Counted from the stretch's first letter, positions 21,447-33,793 are shown. The stretch is DNA of 64,000 nucleotides from an uncultured Planctomycetota bacterium (GCA_963823665.1 CAWGMQ010000010.1:2112001-2176000), one strand, 5' to 3'. Notes: generated by a model not told the origin, from the sequence alone. Translations and numbers: made by a program.

Positions 21447-22582
21447 GGGAAGCGAGACACCCACCCTCTTGAGCGGGTTCCTTGTGAAGCCAGGCTCGCG
21501 TGACTCTCATCGTTTCGCACCCCGCGATTGCTCGGTTCCCTGCGGCATTGCGGCAGACAAAGCGTGCAGCACGTACTTTACCACGCTCGGCCAGCGAGCG
21601 TATGCGCTTGCGTAAATCGCCAGCGCTCCCACGCGTCGGTTGCTGCGAACCGCTCGATATCGACGGCGTTGCTTCGTCGCTCGCCGCGCGGTCGAACGGA
21701 ACGACGTTCACCCGCCTCGAATCCAATCGAATTCCGCGTCTGCCGCTACGACTAGGGCTCGCGAGCGATCAGGCCGCTTACTTACAGAAACGCGACCTGC
21801 GCAGCCACCTTACCCTGAAACCAGCGTCGTGAGCAACGCGGCGCAGTGCGCACAAGCGAATTCGCTCGACCTGCCGGTTGTTTGATCATGCGACCGAAAT
21901 CGCGCACTGTGTGCACCCAATTCGATCGGTCCAAACCCCGCCGGTCCAGTACGGGAGCCAGGTCTTCAGGAATTGCCCCACGTTTGTCCCGCCTCCCGTC
22001 CCGTCCAATCGAATCGTTACGGTGCGGAAAGCGCATGCGCCAGCGCACGCGCGACTTCAGCGTCGGACCACTGCTCGACACTGTCCGGTCGATTGCGGAG
22101 CACAAGATGCAGATGGTTGCTCATAATGGCGTAACTACACACATCAATTCCGAAGAGCCCGGCGAGGTGGCGCAGCCGATCGAGAATCCAGGCCTTACGG
22201 TGAGAGTAATCACGACCGGAGTACGAGTCGGTGCCGCAAAGGAAGGCTCTGCGGACGCACCGAGCGATGCAGTGATAAACGCCGACGAACGCCTCTTGGA
22301 AAATGTGGCGGTGGGCAGAGGCAGGCACGTAAGGCTCCATCACCAGGCAGGTGCAGCACATTAGCGAATGTATTCACCAGAACAGTCATGGACAAAAACA
22401 CAAAAAGTGGTACGGGTGTCAAGCGCGTAGAGAAAAAATCGACCGCGAGGACAGCATCCTCGGAGCTAACCAAGAGTTGCGCGGGTCACTACTGCAACTG
22501 CTCCGGGTCGACCCCCGGTGGCGGCATTTGGACCGGCACGCCAAGCTTCCCATGAGATCAATTCATGGGTGTCTGCCATCCC
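21447..22582 (-). mobile_element. HUH transposase unit, copy 2, internally deleted (transposase remnant 21782-22328)
   Basis: Same orientation and flanks as 10218-12020; lacks the region equivalent to about 10785-11455 of copy 1. Confidence 0.8.
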
Positions 22583-22753
22583 GGGACGACCCCCGGTGGC
22601 GGCATCTGGACCGGCATGCCCGCTTCGCATGAGATCAATCGATGGGTGTCTGCCATCCCCTGCCTTCCCCGAAGCAAACGGTGGATGTCTGCCTTCCCCA
22701 GCAAAAGCTGACGTGCACCCCTCCCCGTTTGACGAAGAGCCGACGAAAAAAGG

Positions 22754-25700
22754 TCAGTTGCCGGGCGCCGCTAATTGTATTATTGGAAAGCAATCTTCCG
22801 GCGAGCCGTTTGCGACTAGGATGCGCCCGGCAGAGCCGAAAAGCGGTTCGCGCAGAGCGGAGGCATCGTCAGCAGCGAACGAGAGCCAGTCGCGCACGTC
22901 CACCATTTGCTGCGCGTTGACGGGCAACACAAAGTGGCGATTGATGGGCTGTGCGTCTACAGCTCCAACGCCAGCCAGGAGGGCGTGCGTCAATACACCG
23001 TGGCCAAGCGGCTCGACCGCGCGGTCGGCTTCGTCGGCCGTAAGCGCGGCGATTGTATAGATACCATATTCGCGAGTTAACCGCTCGACGGCCCCGGACA
23101 GAGATGCGCTCAAATTAGCTGTTCGCGCTTGATCGGGCTGCTGCAACGTGGCGCGGGTGTCCAAAATGACCAGCCGCTTGAGCGCCCGCGCGCCACTAAT
23201 CGTATCCAGGATGTCGTCGCACGACAGCACTTGACCGCGCTTGTTTGTTTGGGTTTGTTCGTCCCCAATTTCCGCATCATGTGGGACGAGGCAAAAGCGT
23301 TGATCCAAAATCAAACCGCGTCCGGCGAAGAAAACGATGAGCGCGTCTTCCGGCGCCGTCTCGGCAGCGACTGCGCCTTGAGCCGCTCAAGGATTGCGCT
23401 CCTGGTCGCTTTTGCATCGAGCAGAACGGTTGTGCGTCTCTCCCGATAGCTACTTCCCGTGCGCTTCCGAAACAGCTCGTCCACTGCGATCGCGTCCTGC
23501 ATGGCGTAGCGTGGATTCACTTGGGGATTTGGGTACTCATTGACTCCAACCGCCAGTAGAAACAGGCGCGGTGCAGACGCGGGATTCTTGTGCTCAAGCT
23601 CGATCCGCGCGGGCTCAGCTTCCCACGAGCCATCGGCGTTCGTCGCAACGACATCAATTCGATTTGTCCCGTCGACGAGGGTGATTGGGAATGAGGCGCC
23701 AACAGTTTTGCCGCTGCCACGAGCTTCCGGTGCCGCCTTCACTCGCGCACCTTGATGAAATACGCGGAGGTTGGCGATGCCGCCGCCACGATCGCGGGCC
23801 ACGGCCTCGACGACGACGTCAGCGGTTGCAACCGTTTTCCTGACGGGCGCGATGATCTTGAGTTCCGGTGGCGCGCGCTCGCCGTCCCGCCAGCCGGGTA
23901 ACGGTCGCTCGCCGCGCAGAATCTGAGCCAGCAGCCCGGGACGGTAGAGCTCGTGGAAAAACCGGTCCACCGGCACCACGTTGAGGCCGTTCCCCATTCG
24001 GCACGCTACAGTGCGTCGAGCGCCGGCTGAGCCGTCGAAAAGTCCTTCGGGGGTTATCACGAGCCACTCTTGGCCTGGACTGACGAAGACAAGCGAGGCA
24101 AGGTGGTCGCCGGTGGCGACGTCCCACACGCGTGTGGTTCCATCGCTGGAACCGGTGATCACAACTCGGTCGTCGCAGTCGAACGCAATCGAATTCACGC
24201 AGCTCGAGTGTCCTCGGAAAGCGCGGATTTGCTCACCAGTCTTCGAATCCCAGAGCGCGGCGGTTGCATCCCATGAGGCGGTAAGCGCGTACCTGCCGTC
24301 GAGCGCAAAGGCGACGCAAGTGACCGGACCATCGTGGCCACGGAACTCGCGAATGCGGCTCCCAGTGGCTGCGTCCCAGATGACCGCAGTTGTGTCCGTT
24401 GAACCCGTCAACACGGTCCGCCCATCGGGGTGAAATGCGACCGCACGCACGCCTGCAGCATGCGCTCGGAAGGTAAGAACGCGTTTTGCGGTTTGTTCGT
24501 TCCATAAGATGGCCATGCCATCGCTTGACCCCGTGAGAACAGATCGTCCGTCCGGGCTGAACGCGACTGATTGAACCGGACCTGTGTGAGCTTTGAAGAC
24601 CCGGATCGGTTGGCCCGTGGCAACATCCCAGAGCATTGCGGTCTGATCGGCCGAGCCAGTAAGCACTCGCCGCCTATCCGGGCTGAACGCAACAGCTAGC
24701 ACGCCGTCCGAATGGCCGTGGAGCCCCCGAATGGCATTGCCTGTCCCGATATCCCAAATAACTGCGGTCTGGGCAAGTGAGCCGGCAATCGCCCACTTTC
24801 CGTCTGAGCTAAATGCGACCGAAGTCACTGCGCCGAATTGGCCCTTGAAGGAACATCCCTGGCGACACACTGCCGGGTCCCAGAAGACGCAGGTTCCATC
24901 ACCCAGGCCCGTGAGTATGCCGCGGCCCGCGTGGCTAGCAACAGAGAGCACGCGTTTAACCTGGGCACGAAGCACCCGGACCTGAACGCCGGTGGCAGCG
25001 TCCCAGACGACAGCATTCGAATCGTTCAGCCCCGTTAACACCCGCCGGCCGTCCGGGCTGAAAGCAACAGCACACACCGGTTCCCCATGCCATTGAAAGG
25101 TGCGGACCGGTTTGCCCGTGTCAATTTGCCACAACCTCGCCGTCGTGTCACTCGAGCCAGTGAGTGCGTACCGCCCGTCTGGGCTGATCGCCACCGAGTT
25201 TACTTCTCGTTCGTGTCCTCGAAGCTCACGCTCTCGCCGGCCGCTCGCGGTATTCCAAAGCGTTCCGACTCCCTCCCCCGAGCCCGTGAGCGCATGTTTC
25301 CCGTCAGGACTGAAAGCGACGGAATCCACGGCACCCGCTTCTCCACGCAAGGTTTGAAGCTTCGCACCGGTGGTGGTGTTCCAAACGATTGCGGTTGTGT
25401 CGTCCGATCCCGTGATCACGCGAAGGCCGTCGGCGCTGATTGTGACCGAGTTTATTGCGGATGTATGTCCGCGCAAGATGCGACGCTGCTCGCCAGTCCG
25501 GGCATTCCAAACCGCGGCGTTCGCATCGTCTGAACCGGTGATGACAATACGGCCGTCGGAACTGACCGCTACCGACCGCACGGAGCCGTGGTGACCGCGC
25601 AAGACGCGCGCTTGAATTCCCGTCGCCGTCTCAAGAATGGTCGCGGTACCATCTGCTTGACCCATAAGCACGTGTCGTCCATCTGGATTGAAAGCGACTG

Positions 25701-26205
25701 AGAACACGCCTCCGGTAGAGCGTCGGTAGTGACGGAGTTCCCGGCCCGAGGCGGCGTCCCAGAGGACGGCAGTGCTGTTATCGGAGCTGGTAAGCACGCG
25801 TCGGCCATCCGAGCTGAATGCAACCGACGACAATCCCATGCTGTGCGCCACATTGATGTCGTGTCCCATCGGCACGACAAGTTCTTGCCACGGCAAATGC
25901 GACGGGAAAAGCGGCACATAGGCGTGCCAGTCCGCCTTCAGAAACAGTTTTCGCGTAGTCGTTTCACCATCACGGAAGCGAGCGACGACGTTGTGGGACG
26001 ACAGACCGTTGGTTTCGTCGACACTCAGCTCGATGTGGCGGCGCCCGGCATTGTCAACGCCGTCAATGAAAATGGTCGCGTCGGACGGCGATTCTATATC
26101 GACCAGCGCGTGAAGAGCGGCGTGTTGCCGTGGCTCATACGCCGCGGACAACGCCGCCGACAGAAGAATGCGAACAATGACTGACGATGGCACGAGGCTT
26201 CCCAA
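22754..26205 (-). CDS. Secreted WD40-repeat protein with Ig-like segment and C-terminal caspase-fold (peptidase C14) domain; frameshift near 23372
   Basis: Signal-like N-terminus; many GH..V.SVAFSPDG...LTGS.D.TA..WD repeats; LFLLAVGVNEY..YAMQDA, LIVFFAGRG, LVILDTR and GHGVLTHALL. Confidence 0.85.
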
Positions 26206-26661
26206 TTAGGGTGACTCCGAGAGGCGGCGTTGACTCGGGTGTACGCTGACCGGAGGGAATTGGCGGAGTACCGGAACCGCCTTGCTAGGGACATACAGAA
26301 CTCACGTTGGCGGCAAAATCGGCCGACATCCTCCGCGAATTGCTCCCCAAACGCATTGTTCTCATTCTAAACTCTTTCACGCTCTGGAACTACAGTCGCG
26401 TTCGAAATTCTCGCGCGGGCCCTTGGACGCCCTCCAAAGGCAACTTGGTCGGAGAGCGATGGGTCCGATGGAGGTCGGGCCGTTGCCACTGCACGACTCG
26501 CACGAAGCGCGCACGCCACAAATTTCAATCCGCCTGTGTTTCCGATCCGAAACGTCGCGTCCGCCGAAAACGGCACGTTCAAACGATTGCGCCGGGCGAT
26601 ACTACCTCGCACCGGAGCCAGGCTAACCGTCGGATGCCTCGGGGAACCAGTTAGTCGATTT

Positions 26662-29600
26662 TTACGGTAGACCGGGCGGCAGCGGCGGCCAGAAGACTGG
26701 GAGCTGCTCAACAGGCGGATACTTGATGGGTTTTTCGCCCCCGACACGGCCCGTCCCGGTATAGATCTGATACTTAGTCGGCCCAACTGTTGCTCCGGGC
26801 ACCCCGAGCATGGCCGCGTTGCCGTAGTCCTTTGTGGGCTGGAAATAAGAGAAAATTTGCCCGTCCGCATCGATGCCGAATAGCTCGGTATATGGATTAC
26901 CCGACGGGATTAATCCCCCGGCATGTGTATGAAAAGTGCCGAAGAGGACCCAGCCCTCAATATTCGGCGGGGCACCAAATCCGACGTGAGTGCCATCAAT
27001 TTGAAAAGTATTCATGTTAGTTACCATAATCTGCACTGATTGCACTGTTTTCCCGTTAATCTGCATTGTTTTCTGTTTAAGCAGCACCCAGCGCCGAACT
27101 TCCGGCTTTCCAGTCAGGCCGATGTGAGATTGCCACGCAGATGCCATTATCGATTGCATAAATGGATTTGTAAGCAAAGACGCAAAGGCGTTTCGTTGGC
27201 CCGGCCTAAAGTTTTTGGGCGAGAATACAATGTTGACTGGCGGCTCCTGCTGAGGACCACCGCTCATTCCCACTCCAGTTTGGGTCGCTGCGTTTAACCC
27301 TGCTGCAACCGTATCCGCCACCACGGATTGAACCCCTCCAGCCGCGGTCTGCGTGGGCGTCGGCACAAGCGACGAAGGGTCGTCCTCAACTAGACCGGAC
27401 GAATCCGTGCCGTTTGGGCTTGAACTATCGACGTACTCATACAGATCCGGATTCCTGGTGCGAAACCCAGCCGGGTCCACCGACGAAAATCGCCCTATGG
27501 ACGGGCCGTACCACCGCGCGTGATCATAGTATTCGCCCGCGGTCGCGTCATACTGCATTCCCGAATACTTGAACCGGTCTCCGTTGCTCGCGCTCGTCTC
27601 GGTCGTGATGTTCCCGAAGCTGTCATATACGATGTGATCGAGCACAGAGCCCGCCGAGCTCACCACATCGCGAACCGAATCCAGTTTGTCGGTCAAGTAC
27701 CACGCCGTCGTTCCCCCCGAGCTGGTCCGGGCGAGCAGCTCGTCGACAACGGCGCCGTTGACCATCCCCGGCCCAGAGACGTAACGCGTGAGCAGCGCGC
27801 CCCCAGAGCCGTTGAAATCAGCGTAAGGCAAGGCATCTGCGCTCGTGCCGTTGTATATAGTCCAGGTCGTCGAGCCGCCTGAATCCTGGAGGCCGATCCT
27901 TTGATCCAGGGCGTTATAGGTGTACGTCGCAATCAGCGTCCCGCCCTGTTTCACCTCGGTCAGGCGATTGTGATAATCATACGTATAGGTTGTGAACGTT
28001 CCGCCGCTGTCGGCGCTGGTCATATTGCCAGAATTATCATAAGTATATGTAACGATGCCCGGCGAGGTCAGCGTTTCGTTCATCACGGTTGTCGAATACC
28101 CGGTTCCCGTTCGATTGCCGTTGGCGTCGTACGCGTAGGACTCCACCTGCGTTCCGCCCTTATCCACGTTCGTAAGCTCGTTGGCATTGTCGTACGTGTA
28201 AGTATATGTGCCCTCCGCATCGACCATGGTTGTGACTCGGTTGGCGTTGTCGTAGCTGTAGACGTAGGTCGCTAGCGCCGATCCGCCCGAAACATAGTCT
28301 GTTATTGTCGTTTGCCTGTCAGCAGCGTCGTAACTAAATGAAGTATTGACAGCCGTGCCGCTGCCGGCGATCGTCCGCGATTGCGCAGAGATTTGGTTAT
28401 TGGGCGCATAGGCTGTTACGATCTCCGGGCCGGCCGTGCCGTTGTGCGACGTCGTGATCGTCGTCAGCCGCTGACCGGCGTCGTATAAATATGTCGTAAT
28501 TCCAACATTGCCAGACACGTTATCGGTCACACTGGCCAGGTTGTTCTGTGGATTGTAGGTTGACGTCAGCGTCACGCTCGGCTGGCCGGTTCCCGGCCCA
28601 GACGTCGCCGAGGTCAGCTCATTGCCGCCCGAGTCGTACGTAAACGTCAAGGTGGCATAAGCGTCGGCGGCACCCGTGAGCTCGTTGTCTGCGTCATATG
28701 TATACGTAATCTTCTCAGCCGGCGACGCGCCGACCCAAGTTTCACCAGTCTGATCGCCATCAGCATCGTAGGAATAGGTCGTGCGGCGGCCATCCGCGTC
28801 GGTCGTATCCGTGAGCTCACCGTCATTATCGTACACGTAGGTCACCGTGGCGGAATTGGGCAAGGTCTCGGTCGTGACCCGGTCGTCTGAATCGTAGGCC
28901 CACTGGGTTTTGTTGTTATCGGGGTCGGTCAGGCTGATCTCGCGACCGGCCGCGTCGAACGCGATCACGGTCGTTCCGCCCGAAACCGGGGTAGTGATTG
29001 TAGTCGCCCGGTTCAAGGCGTCGTATTGCGTGGTCGTGGTGTGCCCCAGGCCATCCGTCACCGTGATTTGATTGCCACCCGAGTAGCCGTAGACCGTGGT
29101 GTCTCCCGAGATCGGAGTCGTGACTGTGGTCAAACGATTCATAGAATCGTATGCATAGGAAGTAATGTGATTATTGGCGTCGGTCACCGCGATCTGGTTG
29201 CCAACCCCATCGAGCGTGATCGTCGTGGTGTTGTCATTGGCGTCGGTCTCGGCAATGAGCCTGTCGTCCTTATCGTAGACGAATGAGACTACCGACGCGC
29301 CGCCGCTGTTCGCGGGATTCGAATACGTCGACTCCATACCCGTGGCCGTGTACGAGTAGGTTGTGGTGTTCCCCAGGGGGTCGGTCGACGTCGCCACCCA
29401 GCCCCGATTATCGTAGGTCGTGGTCGTGATCCGGTCCATCGCGTCGTCGACCTGAATCACCTCCGAATCACCATCATAGGTCGTCGTGGTCCGGTTGCCG
29501 TTCAGCGGATCGATCACGACCGTCGGCCGGTCGAGCGCGTCGAAGACCATGGTCGTGACTCGCCCGATGGGGTCCTTCACGGTCACCTGGTTGCCGTCCG

Positions 29601-31254
29601 AATCGTATCCGTAGACAGTTTGCAAGCTTTGAGGCGCCGTCACCGTGGTAAGTCTGTTCATGGAATCATACGCGTACGTCGTCGTGCGAGCCGTCCCGCC
29701 GCTCGGCGTCGGCTCCTGGTCCACAGTCAGATTCCCTCCCGAATCGTACGTCAGAGTCGTGACGCCGTTCAGGGCGTTAGTTGACCCGGTTTCCCGCCCC
29801 AAGGCGTCGAAGCTGTAGGTCGTGGCGTTGCCGGCGTTGTCGACGAACTTGGTTACATTGCCCTGCGAGTTAAAGCTGTACAGGTTGGTCGTCCCGTCGG
29901 GAAATTGAACCGTCGTCTCCCGGTCTTGGCTGTCGTACAGATAGGTGGTGGTGTGATTATTGGCGTCGGTCGTGGTCTTGACCTGCCCGGTCGACGTGTA
30001 AGTCATCGTCTCCAGGTTCAACAGCGCATCCTCGACGACGGTGAGGTCCCCCGAGCTGTAGGTATAGCTCGTCGTGTAGCCATTGGCGTTGGTGTAAGTG
30101 AGCGGCTCGGCGTCACCGTTGTAGGTATAGTTCTCCTCGTTGGTGTCTTCGTAGATAATGCTGACGACGTTGCCCTTGGAGTCATATCCGTACTGCGTGT
30201 TCCGGTTCACTTGGTCCACCGTCACGGTCGGCAGGCCGTTGGAATTCCGATCAAAGAGCTGGTCGTTGCCCAGCGGGTCGATGATGTTGCCGGGCAGACC
30301 CAGGCCCATCCAGTCGGGCTGGATGGTCGTCGTGTTGCTGTTCGGGCTCGTGTAGGTGCTACCCGCAACTGCAAGAAGGGTACTCGGAGCCGGGCTGCCC
30401 GAAGTGCCGCTGTTCGTCCAGCCGGCTTCCTGGTCGTTCGTGAAGTCCTCGGTCGTGCTGTCTGGCCGGTTCGCCGAGCTTACGCGCAAGGCAGAATCGT
30501 AGTTAACCGTAACGGTCGAGGAACGAGGATCGGTGATCTGGGTAAGCTGCCCACCCGAGGCGTAGGTATAGTTCCAGGTCGAGGCGTCCGGCAATTCCGC
30601 CTCGGTCAGGTTTCCGCTGGAGTGGGTGAATGTGGTGATGCGGCTGGCCGGGTCCTTGATCGTCTGGAGGTAACCACCACTGTAGGTGAAGGTCGTGAAG
30701 TTGCCCAGGTAGTCTTCGATCGAGGTCAGATTACCGCCGCTATATGAGAATGTGGTGTGGTTACTATTCAGGTCGGTGATGGCCGTCTCGGCACCGCTGG
30801 AATTGAACGTGATTTGTGTGCCGTCAGTCTGCGTCAGGGTATAAGCGCCGCCGCTGCCGGAAGCCTTGACCAGGGAATCGAATTCACCGGGCGGGCTCGT
30901 GTACGTTACACCGCCGCCGCTGCCCGCGGTCCCCGTAAACCAGAGCGAGCGGCCGTTGTCTCCCAGATCGAGGATCACACCGCCCGACGCGGAAGTGATC
31001 TGCTCGAGGCCCTGGAGCGTCCAGCCCGCACCGAAGGCATTGCTTCCGTAGTTGAGCAAGTTCGTCCCGCCGCTATAGGTCAGGGTGGCCACGCCAGACC
31101 CGACATCCACCACCTGCGCCGAGTAGGTATACCGGCCGGTGCTGAGCGACGTCGCATTGGTCGCCTGGAGATTGATCTGCTGCACATCTCCCGTGTTCAA
31201 CGTGCTCGTACTGGTGGAGGTGTTGTAGTAATAGGTCGTGTGCGGCGTGCCGCC
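26662..31254 (-). pseudogene. RHS/YD-repeat protein 2, N-terminally truncated by IS66; distinct C-terminal tip
   Basis: Core closely paralogous to RHS1; similarity ends exactly at 31254, where the IS66-type end begins; no native start. Confidence 0.85.
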
Positions 31255-31900
31255 GTAAGCGCCCGGCAGAACCATACCCCCCGCGGCGCGGCAATGACCG
31301 GCTGGCCCGCAGGCCGGCAGGCGGGCGGGCGAGCGGTGGCGTAGCCAGAGCTGCTCGCCGCTCCGACAAGCCGCGTGACCATGGAACACAGCCCGGCATG
31401 CCAGCGGAGCCAGCCGTCCGTACCTTCGCAAACGGGGCCGTCTGGGGATCGGTTGGGTTCCGATCACGATCAGCCTGCCGTCGTCCACGCCAGTCGCATC
31501 GTCGCCGTCATGACCGGCCGGCGACTGCTACCCTGGAATCAGACCACCAGGCCGTCCACGACGGGACCATGCTGATCCGTGGACCGAGAAGCCGCACCCG
31601 CCTGCTTGGCCATCGCGCGACGCCCAGCGCGACGGCGACGTCGTGATCGCGCCGCGGCCTCGGCCTCGTCGCGGCGGTACTCCAGAAAGTGCTCCGGGTG
31701 CGTCGCGATCCAGACGTCGGGCAAGAGCGTGTTCCAATCCGGCTCACCGGTTGAGATGGCGACCAAGAGATCACGCACGTAGGCAAACGGCTCGATTCTG
31801 TGTCGCTTGGCTCCAGCCAGGATACTGAAGCAAGTCGCCACCGTCTGACCCCCGCGGTCGCTCCCTACGAATAACCAGTTTTTACGGCCGACGGCACACG
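31255..31900 (-). mobile_element. tnpC: IS66-family remnant: TnpC C-terminus and one terminal repeat
   Basis: AVGRKNWLFVGSDRGG..SILAGAKRHRIEPFAYVRDLL..LLPDVW on the minus strand; GTAAGCG-type terminus at 31255. Confidence 0.85.
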
Positions 31901-33087
31901 GCGGCGCGCAAACGTGGGGTCTCGATCGAATTGGTCGTTGCATCCGTTGCGACGTGAAAAAAAATCCGGATTTTCTGGTCGACAAACTGGCCAAATCCGG
32001 GAAACCCGTCGCATAATATACTTAGCGCGATCTCGATTGCCGACACTGGAGTCGGCGCGACGGGCGCCCACCTCTCTGGAACCGGGAATGATTGCTTCGT
32101 TTGCTCGTGCGCGTGCTCGAGGACCTCAGCTCGGCCTGACCAGGCCTGTGCCGTGGGAAAAATGGGGCCGAACTGCGCCCGGAGAGGGGGATCGGTGCGC
32201 GATGAAATCTTCCCGAATTCTGAGCTGTGCCGAGCGCGGACAGGTTCGGACCACGAACAGGATGAGTTTTCATCGTTTCATAGCGGACGGCTGCTGGCCA
32301 CTGGCCGCTTTTGAAAGCCGGCGATTTACACTGATGTACAAATGCTGGAAACCCCTCGTAAACGCGCCACTTTGCGCCACAATCCGCCACTTGTCGGTGG
32401 CCCTAAGACACGGGCTCTATTTCTCCACAAATCAAGTGAAGATAAGATGATAGGGTACGATCCCGATGCGGCCTGGCGATCAAAAACACCTCGTGGCGCT
32501 AGTCAGGTCAAACCCGCCGCTCTGAATCTCTTAGTTTGTTCACTATTTCCATACGGCTTCAAGGCGTTGCGGCGAGCCATCGGATGGGGTTCAAGACAGC
32601 AAGCGAGTTGAGACTTTTTCGGGGTCAAGAGTCCCATTTAGTTCCATCCACTTCTACTTATTTGGAGCATGCGATACATGTCTCGAGAGCCGGAACGAGG
32701 AATGCGAAAGGGGAGAACTTGCACGGGGAGAAACTGGTCGGAGCAAACAGCGGACGGGAGGAGTCGGATCGATGACCGGAGGATGTCGTGAAAGTGTGTC
32801 AAGTCGACTTGCGTTTTGTGACGAACGAACCCAATTCCGCTCACGTGGCTGGGAATGCGTAACTTGGAATTAGAGTGAAGGTTGGATCACGAAAACACCC
32901 ATGAACGGTGACTTGACAACGTGGCTGAAATGCGCGAACGAACCCAAACTTCGCCCCGCTGGGGCGGGAGACGTGGCCTGGGTGCGGCCGACAGGGGGGT
33001 CGGGCCTACGGCGACTGGCCCGGGGAGGAGCGCGACCGATGATCGACGTCGCTGGGTTCTCGGAGTCGGAGAGAGATATGAGGCTAA

Positions 33088-33141
33088 GATTGGGATTGGG
33101 ATTAGGATTAGGATTAGGAATAGGATTAAGATTGGGATTTG
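33088..33141 (+). repeat. Hexanucleotide tandem repeat, GATTAG/GATTGG-like x9
   Basis: gattgg gattgg gattag gattag gattag gaatag gattaa gattgg gatttg. Confidence 0.9.
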
Positions 33142-33416
33142 GATGCCGCCGGTTTACACGAGTGCACGGATGCTGGAAGGCCCTCTAAACACTGCCACTT
33201 TTTGCCACTTTTCGAGGGCGTCGGCAATTGCTCCGGGTGTGTGGCGTCTCTGTCTTTCCTGCGTGCGAGCCTCCCCGGGGCCGCCTGGGGCGGGAGCTCG
33301 CCCACGCAGGGGGAGGAATGTTTGGCGTTCCCTTAATCCTTATGGGGAAAGGACGCGCGTCGAATATACAAAACGAAATGGGGCGCGGTTCAAAGGCGGA
33401 TAACACCCGCGGCATG

Positions 33417-33471
33417 CTAGCCCGAAGCACAAGCGACGGTGAGCGGAACCCTCGCTGGCGCTTCGGGCTAG
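33417..33471. repeat. Palindromic REP-like element
   Basis: CTAGCCCGAAGC..AGCGA.GG - loop - CC.TCGCT..GCTTCGGGCTAG inverted repeat; resembles the common planctomycete AGCCCGAAGCGCCAGCGAGG repeat. Confidence 0.75.
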
Positions 33472-33793
33472 TGTGGTCGCTGGGTCGAGCGCGCAACGTG
33501 TTGCCCAGTCAGCCGCACGCATGACCGAGGCCCGAAACGCTCGGTCAAGGTGCGGCTGGAGCCCGACGCCGGCGCCTTCCGCTTCTCCTTTCGGCGGGCG
33601 GGTTTGACCGTTCCCGAGCGTCGCCTACAATGACACTGTGTGCGCCTGCTCCACTCGATCTCGTCGATCACGCGTGCATGCTGACTGAGACCGAGCCTGG
33701 TTTGGCGAGGCTCACTCGAGAGCAAAACAGGCGCGTTGTTACGCCGCACGGAACACCTTCAGCGCGAGCCAGGGCCCGCCGGGAGGAGATGGA

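Noticed and set aside
31255..31488. N-terminus of the 1608-aa RHS2 ORF as a real leader
   Set aside because: It is read-through from IS66 sequence and has no similarity to the RHS1 N-terminus.
33088..33141. Telomere-like repeat
   Set aside because: Short, degenerate and internal; treated as a simple tandem repeat.
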